Shown: positions 40,162-49,872 of the stretch, piece after piece | Position numbering within the stretch: position 1 is the first letter of the stretch | Layout of the letters: every line of letters starts with the position of its first letter | Origin: Gammaproteobacteria bacterium | GTDB taxonomy: Bacteria; Pseudomonadota; Gammaproteobacteria; JABABF01 | Assembly (NCBI GenBank): GCA_965237805.1 | Contig: OZ250153.1 | Location: 320,001-384,000, forward strand | DNA length: 64,000 nt | Direction: 5' to 3' | Notes under the pieces: generated by a model | What the model was told of the DNA's origin: nothing | Database searches by the model: none | The model's input: the letters and a program-made list of their open reading frames with translations, nothing else | Made by a program: the position numbers and the translations under genes

Positions 40162-41523
40162 TCAACGGGCTTTTGCAGGAGTGCCAAAACGATCCAAGCG
40201 CGGTGGCGGAGTGGGTGGCACCAGCGCTTGTAGCGGCTCGTTATTACGCCGGTGCGAGCGTTCCAAAATTGCCAGCGCTGTGCCAGCCAAGGCCTCGCGC
40301 CGCACCCGTTGCTCAAAGAGAATATTGTCGATCTCCTCCTCCAGCCTGCTCAGCAAACGCGTCGCTGATAGTTGCGCCTGCAAGTTTGCTGCCACATTGG
40401 GCTCTTGGCGCCCGAGCCGCAGCAGCGACCGCAGCGTCAATGCCTTTTCCAGAGCCCGTGCAAGGGCAATCTCCGCAGCGAGGCGGGTGCCGAGAATGGC
40501 GCGATTGGCTCCGCTCTCCTCACGCAGTGCATAGATCAATTTGGCGTTGATCGCCAGCCCCATGCCAGCCACCGCCAAAGCTGACAAAGCGGCGGCAGAC
40601 GGCCGCTGCGCCGCCGCGATCAAAGGCTCTAGTTGCTCCAACACTCGCTCTGTTTCGGAACGCAGCTCCGCCTGCAGGCCATGACCTACACGCGTCGCCA
40701 AGCCCTCGCAGTCAGCGCACAGACGCAGCTCTGTCTCGCCCAATACCGCCACCGCCCAAGCTGCCGCCGCTGCTGGCGACGACCAGACCAGCTCGGAAGA
40801 ATGAGCGGCGAGCGGCGCATCCCCGGAGGCGGCCTGCCGCCCACTCAATAGCTGGTGACCCGCCCGCACCAAATCAGTTGTCAATGCGATCGGCGGCTGC
40901 CCACGCCCTCCGGCCATTTTCCCCGCCACCCACTGGATGCCATCATCGCCACCCGATTGGCGCACCATGCGGGCAGCAGCGCCGGCATCGTCTCCTCGCT
41001 GCTCGGCCTGAGCCCAGCCAACGCGACGACCGATGCGCTGCCATCCATCCAGCAGGCTGCCGCTATTGTTAGCACTGTGTAGTTGACGACAGTCGCGCAC
41101 CGAGGATTCGAATTCGATACGGCCAGCTGTCAGCCCTTGGCTCAGCAAGTCGTACAAACCGGGATTGGCCCGTTGCAACACAGACATGGCGCTGGTACGC
41201 AAGATGGCTCCCGCCTGATCCACCAAAGCGCGATTCAAACCGTAGATATTGCGTCTGAAGTCATTCAGGTAATTCGAGACCGAAGCTCCCGGATTGAAAT
41301 CGCAGCGCCCGCTGATCCATCCACCATGCCCTGCCCCCAGGCGGCTTGGATCCACCTGCAGACCCAAACTGAATAGCGGGCTGCCGCCGCCAATGCGGTA
41401 ATACCAACGGCCATCTCCAGTCGGTACTCGCTCCGCTGCCAGCCCTCCAGCTGGTACCGCGCTGCAACACAACAAGCCACACAGCAAGGCCGGGAACCAG
41501 CGCCAGATAGCGCGATACTTCAC
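40162..41523 (-). CDS. ICE protein, TIGR03755-like
   Basis: YYRIGGG, LQRANPGLYDLL, GDDGIQWVAG..AGGRGQP, WAVAVLGE..C..C, G.QEPNVA. Confidence 0.85.
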   Translation of the reverse strand: MKYRAIWRWFPALLCGLLCCSAVPAGGLAAERVPTGDGRWYYRIGGGSPLFSLGLQVDPSRLGAGHGGWISGRCDFNPGASVSNYLNDFRRNIYGLNRALVDQAGAILRTSAMSVLQRANPGLYDLLSQGLTAGRIEFESSVRDCRQLHSANNSGSLLDGWQRIGRRVGWAQAEQRGDDAGAAARMVRQSGGDDGIQWVAGKMAGGRGQPPIALTTDLVRAGHQLLSGRQAASGDAPLAAHSSELVWSSPAAAAAWAVAVLGETELRLCADCEGLATRVGHGLQAELRSETERVLEQLEPLIAAAQRPSAAALSALAVAGMGLAINAKLIYALREESGANRAILGTRLAAEIALARALEKALTLRSLLRLGRQEPNVAANLQAQLSATRLLSRLEEEIDNILFEQRVRREALAGTALAILERSHRRNNEPLQALVPPTPPPRLDRFGTPAKAR

Positions 41524-42410
41524 GGTGCCATCCCGAAATCAATCACCGTGAGCAAGCGCTGTCCGCGCGGTCGACAACAGCGGTAGGGGCGCCACAGATG
41601 CCAAGCGTAGCCGCCATCTTCAGCCACCGGCCCGTCTGGCTCGCCACCAAAGACGCGACACTCGCCGCGCGTCGGTATCAGCTGCTGCCACAGGCCGCTG
41701 GTAGCGTCGTTTTCCCGCAGTGGCCCCGGCCCTTGGCAACCTCTACCACAACTGCCACCAGCGTGGCGATAGACCCTAGATTGGTCGCGTCGGGTGACGA
41801 TATCGGCGGCGCGCTGCGCGACGACGGCAGCCATCTTGCGATCATCGCTCTGCAAGGCGAAGCCATGCCGGGGATAGATCGCACCCCAACTGTCGGCATC
41901 GAGACCGATGCGCCGCCGCCCCGGCAATACAGCATCCGGGTGCCACTGCTCCGGTATGGCAAGACGCCAGCCCAGCCAATCGGCCCCGCTCAGATAATAA
42001 GGATGCCACGGCAAGGCCGTCGAGGGGCACAGTCCGGGCAGACGCAACGCAGTCGCCGGACTGCCAATCAACTCGACGCGCTTGAAACGCAATGTGCTCT
42101 GGGAGCCATCAAAACGCACGCGATGGCCGCCACCAGAGCTGGGCAATGCACGCGTCAGGCGCTCGGCATAGCGCCAAGGCGAGCGTCCGTTGTGCGCGGT
42201 CACGACCAGATCTGGGCGGTAATGCGACCATTGCAAAGAAGAGCGCAACTGGCAGCTGAACACGGTGCAATGCCACCACAGACATAGACCGCTGAGCCGT
42301 ACCCGCTGGCAGCCTGTGTCCCCGGCCGCCACCAGCAAATCCGGGACCGCGGGAGCAGCGGTGACCGGGGAGCAGAGCAGCAGCAAGCAGATCAGCGCCG
42401 CCACCCTCAC
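41520..42410 (-). CDS. ICE protein, TIGR03756 / TraU-like
   Basis: GLCLWWHCT..C, HYRPDLVV, PYYLS..D..WR..PE, WGAIYPR.G, AAVVAQRAADIVTR, WHLWRPYRCC. Confidence 0.85.
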   Translation of the reverse strand: MRVAALICLLLLCSPVTAAPAVPDLLVAAGDTGCQRVRLSGLCLWWHCTVFSCQLRSSLQWSHYRPDLVVTAHNGRSPWRYAERLTRALPSSGGGHRVRFDGSQSTLRFKRVELIGSPATALRLPGLCPSTALPWHPYYLSGADWLGWRLAIPEQWHPDAVLPGRRRIGLDADSWGAIYPRHGFALQSDDRKMAAVVAQRAADIVTRRDQSRVYRHAGGSCGRGCQGPGPLRENDATSGLWQQLIPTRGECRVFGGEPDGPVAEDGGYAWHLWRPYRCCRPRGQRLLTVIDFGMAP

Positions 42411-45064
42411 GGCGTGGGCTCGGCGCGGCGAGCGGCGAGAATGCACTCGGCGATATGGAAGACTGCCTCGAGCTCGGTACAACCGCGCTCTTCCATCACC
42501 CGCTGACGGTGACTCTTTTCCTCTTTTTCGGTCTGCGCCAAGGCGAGACACAGAGCGGGCAACACATTGCGAAAACGCGCCCGCACCGTATCGGCAAGGA
42601 TCACGCCTTCGGTATAGTTCCCCTGTGACTTGCGCACACTGAGCAACAGTGTGCGCTCGGCTACCGACAGCTGGCGAAAGCGCTCCATCTCGCGCAACTC
42701 ACCCTGCCCAAGCTGCAGGCACAGCCACCATTCGAACATGCTCAACATCTTTTCAGCATCGCCGGGAAAGTCGCGCAAATTCTGTGTCGCCAACCACAGC
42801 CACAGGCCGAGGCGGCGACCGAGCAATTTCGAAACCTTGACAATGTAGGAAGAGATCAGCGGATTGGTCGTCAGGACGTGGGCCTCATCAGTGAGCAAGA
42901 TCGTCGGCCTGCCATCGCGCCCACTGCGTTCGGCGAGCGATATCACCGCATTGAGTAAACCCAAATAGGCCACCGCCAACTGCTCTTGATAGCCCTCGCC
43001 AGCCAGCACAGCCATCTCAAAACGCAGATAGTCCACCTGCGGCCAATCGACACCGGGGCGGTCGAATAGCTCACCGGAAAAGCCCGTGGTAAACAAGCTG
43101 AGGGCAGCGGCCATCTCGCGCAGCCTAAAGGCGCGTCGTGCGTCGCCCTCGCTCGCTAATGTGCGCAGGACATCGCATAAGTCGGAAACCGACACCGTGC
43201 CACCAGCGGTGGCTGCCCGCCCGGCGGCATGCAATAAAGCCTGCTGCAGGGAGGCTTCGTCGGCGCGGGAAAAAGCCTGCTCCTCACGCTCTTGGCCACC
43301 GGTGATCATCAGGCGGGCGATCAAGCTCAGCTCGCCCAATAGATCGCGCCCCTCAGCCGATGTGCCACCGCGCTCGCCCAGCTGTTCAGCTCCCACAAAT
43401 GGCGGCAGGGAAGCGCCGCTACCGGGTCGCAACACCACCTCGTGGCTGCTCAGTCCACGCGCATCGAAGAAGCTCCGCAGCAGGGCAAAGGAATCGCCCG
43501 CCTCGACAGCGATGATGCGCGGGCGGTGAAATGCCATCAGCAGCATCTGTAGATAGACCAAAGTGGCTGATTTACCAGCTCCAGTGGGGCCGATGAGCAA
43601 CAAGTGGGCATTCTTGGCGCGGTCTGACAAACTCAGCGGATCACAGCTGAAAAGGTCACCACCACGATTGAAAAACAACAACCCTGGGCGGTCGCTGCCA
43701 GTGGAGCGACCGTAGAGCGGCAACAGGGCAGCAGCATCGTTGGCATAGATCAAGCGCCCTTGGCGCCGAGCGGGATCCAAATGGTGTCGATACGCCATTG
43801 GCAAGTGGCACAGATAGGCATCCAAAGCCGTCGGATCTAAATCGTGGCGCAGCAGCTGCAGACGGTTGGCCGACAACAGCGCGTCGACCTGCCGCTGCCG
43901 GCGAGCCAGCGACGGCGCGTCGACAGCGCGCAAAAAAATCGCCAAAGCAAACGGGTAAATCTTTGCTCCCCGCAACAGCAAGTGCCGTGAAGCCAGCGCG
44001 GCTTCGCGGCTGGCCACCACCTCGGCACCGCCACCGACAGCGGCCTGATCGATGCGATCCAAATGCGCTCGCAGTGCATCTTGAGGAGAAAATACCAGCG
44101 TCAGTGTCAGCACCGAGCCCTCGGGCAGCTGCTCCACCAAGCATTGCACTCTCTCGCCAGCCATGTGCTCGGCAGAGATCTGTCCGGGTACCGGGCAAGC
44201 GGCTAAGCGCTGCAAACGCATGACGCAGTGCGCCACGCCATCAAAGTGCCAAGTCTTCTGCGCGGCATCGGAACGGATGTCGCGGCTGCACACTTCATCG
44301 GCCAAGCTGTAGTCAGCTGGGTGCCCTCCAGCCAACGGCTCCAAGGGCACCGCATCGCCTCTCGGGCTGAGCCAGCCGCGCAACCATGCGCGTATTTCCT
44401 CCCCCTTCAAGCGCTGCCAGCGGACACCGGCGGATTGCAGCTGCGCTCCCAAGCGCTCTAATTGCTCGCTCAATTCCCGACAGCGATCGACGATGGCAGC
44501 TGGCGCGATACGATGCACATGGCGGCGATAAATGCAGACCAGCACCCGCGGGTGGCAACCGCGCCAAGCCCGCCCCGTCAACGGATCTTCAAAAAGCCCC
44601 CCCGGCTGTTGCACCATGGCCAAGTGCTCGCTAAAAAGATCCAGGAAATAGTCCCGGTAAGCACCTTCGGCACGCTGTTCGCCACAGGAGGATAGCCGCC
44701 GCCAACGGCGATCGAGACCACTGGCATCTTGGAGTGCATAGAGCTGCATGATCCACGGGGCGACGCGATGCTCCGGGAAAGCCTCGACGAGTACCCGCGT
44801 CAGTTCCACTCTCAGCTGTTGCAGAAAATCCGCAGCGTGACCCTCCACCGCCACCGGCGACAGTTCCAAGACAGCGGCGACGCTGTGGCCATCGTCCAGC
44901 AATACGCTGTCATCCTCCAGCAGCTCCAGCCACGGCAATAGCTGGCTAAAAGAGGGCGGACGACGGTAGCCGCGGCGCAGGTCATCCATGCGTGCGCGAC
45001 GCTGCGAGCGCGGTGCGCCGCGCAACAGGAGCTCGTGCAGACCCTGATACCAGTCTGCGCTCAC
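42407..45064 (-). CDS. VirB4-like conjugative ATPase (TIGR03744, TraC PFL_4706 family)
   Basis: PSFSQLLPWLE, LLDDGHSVAAV, FFNRGG..DPL..DR.KNAH, Walker A GPTGAGKSAT, Walker B TDEAH, WLATQN, AQTEKEEK. Confidence 0.93.
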   Translation of the reverse strand: MSADWYQGLHELLLRGAPRSQRRARMDDLRRGYRRPPSFSQLLPWLELLEDDSVLLDDGHSVAAVLELSPVAVEGHAADFLQQLRVELTRVLVEAFPEHRVAPWIMQLYALQDASGLDRRWRRLSSCGEQRAEGAYRDYFLDLFSEHLAMVQQPGGLFEDPLTGRAWRGCHPRVLVCIYRRHVHRIAPAAIVDRCRELSEQLERLGAQLQSAGVRWQRLKGEEIRAWLRGWLSPRGDAVPLEPLAGGHPADYSLADEVCSRDIRSDAAQKTWHFDGVAHCVMRLQRLAACPVPGQISAEHMAGERVQCLVEQLPEGSVLTLTLVFSPQDALRAHLDRIDQAAVGGGAEVVASREAALASRHLLLRGAKIYPFALAIFLRAVDAPSLARRQRQVDALLSANRLQLLRHDLDPTALDAYLCHLPMAYRHHLDPARRQGRLIYANDAAALLPLYGRSTGSDRPGLLFFNRGGDLFSCDPLSLSDRAKNAHLLLIGPTGAGKSATLVYLQMLLMAFHRPRIIAVEAGDSFALLRSFFDARGLSSHEVVLRPGSGASLPPFVGAEQLGERGGTSAEGRDLLGELSLIARLMITGGQEREEQAFSRADEASLQQALLHAAGRAATAGGTVSVSDLCDVLRTLASEGDARRAFRLREMAAALSLFTTGFSGELFDRPGVDWPQVDYLRFEMAVLAGEGYQEQLAVAYLGLLNAVISLAERSGRDGRPTILLTDEAHVLTTNPLISSYIVKVSKLLGRRLGLWLWLATQNLRDFPGDAEKMLSMFEWWLCLQLGQGELREMERFRQLSVAERTLLLSVRKSQGNYTEGVILADTVRARFRNVLPALCLALAQTEKEEKSHRQRVMEERGCTELEAVFHIAECILAARRAEPTP

Positions 45065-45420
45065 GGCAGTGCCGACTCGCCTGGCAGGGCAAAGTGGTCG
45101 CGCGCATAGAGTGGCAACGCCGTGACATAGCCCGGCACTGGCAAAGGCTCTGAGCCGCCGCTGAAATGCGGATGCACCCACAACAACAGCATCGGATTGT
45201 CCAATAGCGGGAAGGGGCTGACAACGCGGTCGACCGCACGCCTCGGCACCGCAACAGCTGGTTGTGATGCCGGCGCGTGGCGCTCGAAGATCTCCCGCAT
45301 CGAAGCGTCGTCACCGAGCGGTGACGGCAAACCCGTCCCACAGGCAGAGGCCAAGGCACAGACGGCGAGTAGCGCCGCCTCAATCCAATGCCGTCGCGCC
45401 ACGGCCAACTGCCTCGCCAT
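45061..45420 (-). CDS. Conjugative transfer lipoprotein, TIGR03751-like
   Basis: Lipobox ASAC; FPLLDNP.L..WVHPH, PVPGY.T..PLY...FALPGE. Confidence 0.85.
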   Translation of the reverse strand: MARQLAVARRHWIEAALLAVCALASACGTGLPSPLGDDASMREIFERHAPASQPAVAVPRRAVDRVVSPFPLLDNPMLLLWVHPHFSGGSEPLPVPGYVTALPLYARDHFALPGESALP

Positions 45421-46564
45421 AGTCCAAACGCCGTCCCAAGGGCTCATAATCCAGATCGATACGCTTGGCGATGTGGACAGCGACCAGACTGCCTGGCGGC
45501 GCGTAAATGGCATCTAAGCCGTCGCTGTAGCGCTGTTCGACGAATTGCCGCAGCCGCCTCAGAGCACCCTGTAGCGCGCCAGCAGCCGCATAGCGCTGCG
45601 CATCACCAGACAGAGCGCTCAGCACAGAGCCCGAATCAGAGACGATTTCTTGAGTTTCGCCACGGGCGACGGCACCGGCATAGCCGTCGGCCACACCGAG
45701 CAACAATTCTCGCACCGCGCCACGAGCAGCCGTGGTGATACGGCGCCCCGGCAAACAGGGTGCCCCGCGCGGATCGCTGAGCCATGCCAAGCCCTGCTCG
45801 GCGACATGGCGAATGGTGCCATCTGCGAATAGGAAACTGATTTCGTCGAGCCGCACCGAAATGCAACCCAGCGTCCAATCACCATGCGCCACCCCCGATA
45901 ACAGCGCACCGCGCAAGCCCGGGATACGGTGGCCGTTGGCAGCCAAATTGTCGCGCCCCACCAACACTTTGACCGGGAGCGGCTCATACTGCCCAGCTGT
46001 TGCACTCACCCGGCCGATCAGTGCCGTCAATGCCACCGCATCGAAGAGAATTGCGTTGGCTGGAATGGTGTAGACAGGTCGGGGCAGCGTATGATCCTGC
46101 GCTGGCGGCACGGTGCTTGGCACGGCGGTGGGCAGCGGCGACAGCGGCGATAGACTGAGCCAGCGGGGCGGTGGCTGGGACGATGTCTCGGCGTTGCGAT
46201 GCCCCCTGCCCTGTTCCAATCTTCCCAGCTGTCGCTCAAGCCCCTGCACCCGCTCACGCAGCTGCCGCCGGGCCGCATCTGGCGCTGTCGATCGTTGTCT
46301 GCGCAATATCCGCAGCTCCTCGCGTTGGGCCTGCAACTGCTGCTCCAAACCATCTAATTGCGCCACCAGCGTGCGCAGTGTTTCGGCGGCCGTGTCCCCC
46401 TCTTCACCCAGTGCCTCATCCAGCTCTACCACCAGCTGGGGTGCGCCAGCAATGACCAAGGCGCGTCGCTCGCGACCCAGCACCAACACCAACACCGCCG
46501 CCGCGCAGGCCGCGAGCAACCACAGGCGCAACGGCCAGCCAAAGAATCGTTGCGAGGCATTCAC
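45380..46564 (-). CDS. ICE core-complex protein, TIGR03752-like (VirB10-like)
   Basis: TM anchor, LGEEGDTAAETLRTLVAQ, coiled coil, PVYTIPANA, TALIGRV, DNLAANG, GDWTLGC, AIYAPPG. Confidence 0.88.
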   Translation of the reverse strand: MNASQRFFGWPLRLWLLAACAAAVLVLVLGRERRALVIAGAPQLVVELDEALGEEGDTAAETLRTLVAQLDGLEQQLQAQREELRILRRQRSTAPDAARRQLRERVQGLERQLGRLEQGRGHRNAETSSQPPPRWLSLSPLSPLPTAVPSTVPPAQDHTLPRPVYTIPANAILFDAVALTALIGRVSATAGQYEPLPVKVLVGRDNLAANGHRIPGLRGALLSGVAHGDWTLGCISVRLDEISFLFADGTIRHVAEQGLAWLSDPRGAPCLPGRRITTAARGAVRELLLGVADGYAGAVARGETQEIVSDSGSVLSALSGDAQRYAAAGALQGALRRLRQFVEQRYSDGLDAIYAPPGSLVAVHIAKRIDLDYEPLGRRLDYGEAVGRGATALD

Positions 46565-47352
46565 TGCGCACCCACCCCCAAGCTCTTTGCAAACGAACGC
46601 CGCGAGACGAGGTAGAGCACACTCTGGTCGTCGTGGCCAAGCGCACCGGCGGCGGCCAACGCACGATGATGGAAAGCACTGCTAAGCCAATGACCTCGGA
46701 TGCGCCCATGATCGAAGCGCGTCGGTGCCAATGGCAGCTGCCAACTATCCCGGTTCAGCACATGTAGCGCGGTGACATATAAGCCGTAACCCCGCCAAGC
46801 AGCGATGGGGGTGCAATCCAACAACGCCCCACGCACCAAGGGCACAGGCACGCGCTCTGCCAAAGGCACGGGCACTAGCTCTGGGTTGTGGGGACGCAGG
46901 CGCTCGGGCGCGTAGAGCTGCTGAGCCGCATAGCGGATTAGAGCCGCCGCAGGAGGCAAGCCCGACAGCGGTGACAGGGGGGCAGCTAGGGAGGAGCGGA
47001 TCACCAGCGGAGCCAGCGCACTTTCCCCCCCCAGCTCAACCGCCGACAGATCCAGCAAATAGAGCTGCTCATCGACGGTGTCAACCAACACGCGCTGGGC
47101 GGCGAAGGCACTGGCGGGACGCCAATGCACCACGTTGTGCAATATTTGTGAGCGCAGCGAGGGTTCCAGCGCAGGTGGGACCCGCAGTTCGCGCACGGCA
47201 GCGGGGAAAAAGACGGCGCGCTCTTCGCCAACCCGCAATACCACCGCCAACGGTAAACGCTGCCACAACAATTCGACCGGTGCGGGCGACACTGTGAGCG
47301 CTAGCGCCAGTGGCGGGTGAAGTGTCAGCACAGTGCCGAACATCAGCGCCAT
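46561..47352 (-). CDS. ICE protein, TIGR03749-like
   Basis: WQRLPLAVVLRVGEER, LLDLSA, LIRYAAQQLYAPERL, YVTAL..N. Confidence 0.85.
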   Translation of the reverse strand: MALMFGTVLTLHPPLALALTVSPAPVELLWQRLPLAVVLRVGEERAVFFPAAVRELRVPPALEPSLRSQILHNVVHWRPASAFAAQRVLVDTVDEQLYLLDLSAVELGGESALAPLVIRSSLAAPLSPLSGLPPAAALIRYAAQQLYAPERLRPHNPELVPVPLAERVPVPLVRGALLDCTPIAAWRGYGLYVTALHVLNRDSWQLPLAPTRFDHGRIRGHWLSSAFHHRALAAAGALGHDDQSVLYLVSRRSFAKSLGVGAQ

Positions 47353-47366
47353 CAAGCTCCCGACAC

Positions 47367-47999
47367 CTAGGGCGAATCGATGCCGTCCGGCGCGGCGGAG
47401 ATGCGCCGGGGCGGTGCCTCGTAACCGTCCAGCGCCAAGCCCCAAGGATTGCACTGCTTGGCGACATCGTGCCGTACCACCCGCAACTGGTAGTGCAGGC
47501 GGGTGTCTTTGACCACCCGGTCGCGCACCCACTCGCGCAGGCCCAAATCCATGCGCACCAGCCACAGCGAGGCCCCTTGGGGTCGCACGAACTCGGCGCG
47601 GTAATGCGCCAGCGGATAGACCCCACGAGCGCGTTGCAATTCGCCCCGCCGCATTTTGCTTTGCATCGCTCGCTGCAGGCTGTGACGAAAGCGCGGGGTC
47701 AAATAGCAACGGTACTCTTGGAGTAGCCGTGGCTGATCCACCACACCGTTGTCTGGCCAGTGATTGAGCGCTTGGAAGATGTGATGGGCAAAGGCATAGA
47801 CAGTGGATGGTGCCAGTTGCCCGACACGCACGCTGGCACCCTGACTCAGATCCGGCGGGATATGGACCGTGATCTGCTCGCGTGACTGGTGCCAAGCCAA
47901 TAGGCAACCGCATAGCAGTAGCGACAAAATGGCAATGACGAGGCGCAAAGTCCAGATATGAGAATCGCGCGCCGACAGGGCGTTGATCAGGCGGGACAC
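47367..47999 (-). CDS. ICE protein, TIGR03746-like
   Basis: HIWTLR, TVHIPPDL..G, VYAFAHHIFQALNHWPDNG, YLTP, NPWGLALD. Confidence 0.88.
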   Translation of the reverse strand: MSRLINALSARDSHIWTLRLVIAILSLLLCGCLLAWHQSREQITVHIPPDLSQGASVRVGQLAPSTVYAFAHHIFQALNHWPDNGVVDQPRLLQEYRCYLTPRFRHSLQRAMQSKMRRGELQRARGVYPLAHYRAEFVRPQGASLWLVRMDLGLREWVRDRVVKDTRLHYQLRVVRHDVAKQCNPWGLALDGYEAPPRRISAAPDGIDSP

Positions 48000-48123
48000 G
48001 AATAGCCCTCGGCAGCTGGCTTCGCGCCCGCCTCAACCCATCGGGGGAAAAGGGTGGAGACGGACGCTTTGACATGTTGAGACGCTGAGGTCGAGCTGCT
48101 TTGCACACAGTGCAGAGCTGGCA

Positions 48124-48513
48124 TCAACGGCGCATTGGCTGGCGCCCGAGGCCCCAATAGCCACTGCGCGTCACCGGTCGACTGAGCAAGCCAGCGCGTG
48201 CCAAGGCCACGTCCAAGCACTGCTGGTAGTAGTGCTGCGGCTTGCCCTGCTTGATGCGACACAGCAGCTGCGCACCACCCCAAGCAGCTGCTAATGCACC
48301 GATCCCAACAGCTCCCAGTGCCGTGACCGCGCCGCCCAATAACCATCCGAGACCACCGCACAACGGCAGACTAAGCGCCACCGACAACAGGGTGACCGAG
48401 ATCAGCTCGGCCACTGTGCAACCGAGAAAAACCACCGGCTCAGCGTCGATCAGCTCGGCCAAGAGCACGGTATCTGCCGCACCATCCTCCATTGCTGAAC
48501 CGGCACCAGTCAT
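48124..48513 (-). CDS. Conjugal transfer membrane protein, TIGR03750-like
   Basis: EPVVFLGCT..EL, two TM helices, RIKQGKP..Y. Confidence 0.8.
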   Translation of the reverse strand: MTGAGSAMEDGAADTVLLAELIDAEPVVFLGCTVAELISVTLLSVALSLPLCGGLGWLLGGAVTALGAVGIGALAAAWGGAQLLCRIKQGKPQHYYQQCLDVALARAGLLSRPVTRSGYWGLGRQPMRR

Positions 48514-48529
48514 GGCAAATAGCACCCGT

Positions 48530-48889
48530 TCATTCGATGATAGCAATGACATAGTTGGCCAAAAAGACAACGAATAAAGTGGTTCCCATGCCAACAAAAG
48601 CCGTCATCAGCACACGCCCGAAGTCACCCGTTTCCCGCCGCGCCTCGTTGAACTCGCCGATCACCCGCCGCCCCACCGAGAGCAGAATCCAAACAATGAA
48701 CAGTGCGGCAAACAAATAGACAAAATAGAGGACGATGCCCTCGAACACCGCCAACGGTCCCAACTCTGGATCCACCCCTTCGAGCTGCGGCAACTCCGGC
48801 ACCCTCAGGCGCGCCGATGCCAGCGGTGTGGCCAACGATGACAGGGCACCGCCGACGACGCTGAGCTGCCGACACAGTGTGGCGATCAT
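48530..48889 (-). CDS. ICE membrane protein / pilin-like, TIGR03745-like
   Basis: Signal-like N-terminus plus two TM helices separated by GEFNEARRETGDFG; canonical position. Confidence 0.65.
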   Translation of the reverse strand: MIATLCRQLSVVGGALSSLATPLASARLRVPELPQLEGVDPELGPLAVFEGIVLYFVYLFAALFIVWILLSVGRRVIGEFNEARRETGDFGRVLMTAFVGMGTTLFVVFLANYVIAIIE

Positions 48890-49131
48890 CGGAGGCGCTC
48901 CATATAGGCCATCACCGCACCGAGTAAAAACAACACCAACATGGCGCGGAGCATATGGCCGACCAAGTAGTGATCTCTCCCCTCCCCCCACATGCGGAAA
49001 GATGACAATGCGACCGCGAGGCTCAAAAACACCGCCATGGCGATAGCGAGGCGAGAGAAAAGCGCAGCACTGGCTGCAACCCCGATACCGGATACCCGCT
49101 CGAAGACCATGTGCAACTCAGTCATGTCCAT
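48886..49131 (-). CDS. Small ICE membrane protein, TIGR03758-like
   Basis: F..SG N-terminus, two TMs, FRMW motif; directly after the RAQPRD-family gene. Confidence 0.65.
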   Translation of the reverse strand: MDMTELHMVFERVSGIGVAASAALFSRLAIAMAVFLSLAVALSSFRMWGEGRDHYLVGHMLRAMLVLFLLGAVMAYMERLR

Positions 49132-49447
49132 CGGCTTGGGGCCAGCTCGCTGAGTCTTGGATGGAGGAAGTCAACGAGCGCGGATAGCGACGACCAAATG
49201 ACAGATGGCGCTCAATGGCCCGACTGATCTGCCTCAAATCAGTACGCAGCACGACGTAGTCGAAGCGGCTCGGCAAGCCGGGCTCCGACTCCAGCTGCGC
49301 CCGCCGCACCAGCGCCTCGAAGTGGCTCAATTCCACGTGTAACTGCGCCAATAGCGCACGCTCCCGCGCCTCTGCAGCGAGCGCGACAGCTGCTGGCAAC
49401 AACGCCGCCACGCCGATGACCAGCGCCACGCAACGGGCGAACTTCAC
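49118..49447 (-). CDS. RAQPRD-family ICE protein
   Basis: Signal peptide; RFDYVVLRTDLRQISRAIERHL followed by RRYPRS, a diverged RAQPRD motif. Confidence 0.8.
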   Translation of the reverse strand: MKFARCVALVIGVAALLPAAVALAAEARERALLAQLHVELSHFEALVRRAQLESEPGLPSRFDYVVLRTDLRQISRAIERHLSFGRRYPRSLTSSIQDSASWPQADGHD

Positions 49448-49872
49448 GGCTCTCGACCCGCAGGCAACAACAGGGCTGGGTAATGAGAAAATCCGAAATG
49501 CTCGGCGAGGGCATCGCCTACAGCCGGATTTAATTCCAAACCGGAAGCGAGTCGGCGCAGGACATCAAAGCGCTCTGCACTCTCCACCTCAACCACCAGC
49601 CCGACAGCACCACTGCGACGCAAGCGCTGTAATTGCTGGCTGAGCCAGCGCCTCGAGACAGCATCATCGCCGATCAAAAACAACGGTCGATCCAAAGCTG
49701 GCAGCTCCAACTGCAAGGCTTTGCGGGCGGGGAGCAACTTGAGGCTGTGGATCGGGAAAGGAAAGGAAAAACCGTCGTTTGGTGGGGTGGCGACGCTCGC
49801 TGCCCGGGCAGGCGATGGCATGCCGCCAGCGAGAGCCAGTGACAGCGACAGCAGGGACATATAGCGAGTCAT
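49444..49872 (-). CDS. ICE protein, TIGR03765 (PFL_4695)-like
   Basis: PLFLIGDD..SRRWL, GAVGLVVEV, GDALA..G..HYP.L. Confidence 0.88.
   Translation of the reverse strand: MTRYMSLLSLSLALAGGMPSPARAASVATPPNDGFSFPFPIHSLKLLPARKALQLELPALDRPLFLIGDDAVSRRWLSQQLQRLRRSGAVGLVVEVESAERFDVLRRLASGLELNPAVGDALAEHFGFSHYPALLLPAGREP

Noticed and set aside
47353-48108. 515-aa version of the TIGR03749-like ORF
   Set aside because: The extension overlaps the TIGR03746-like gene in another frame; the real start is probably 47352.
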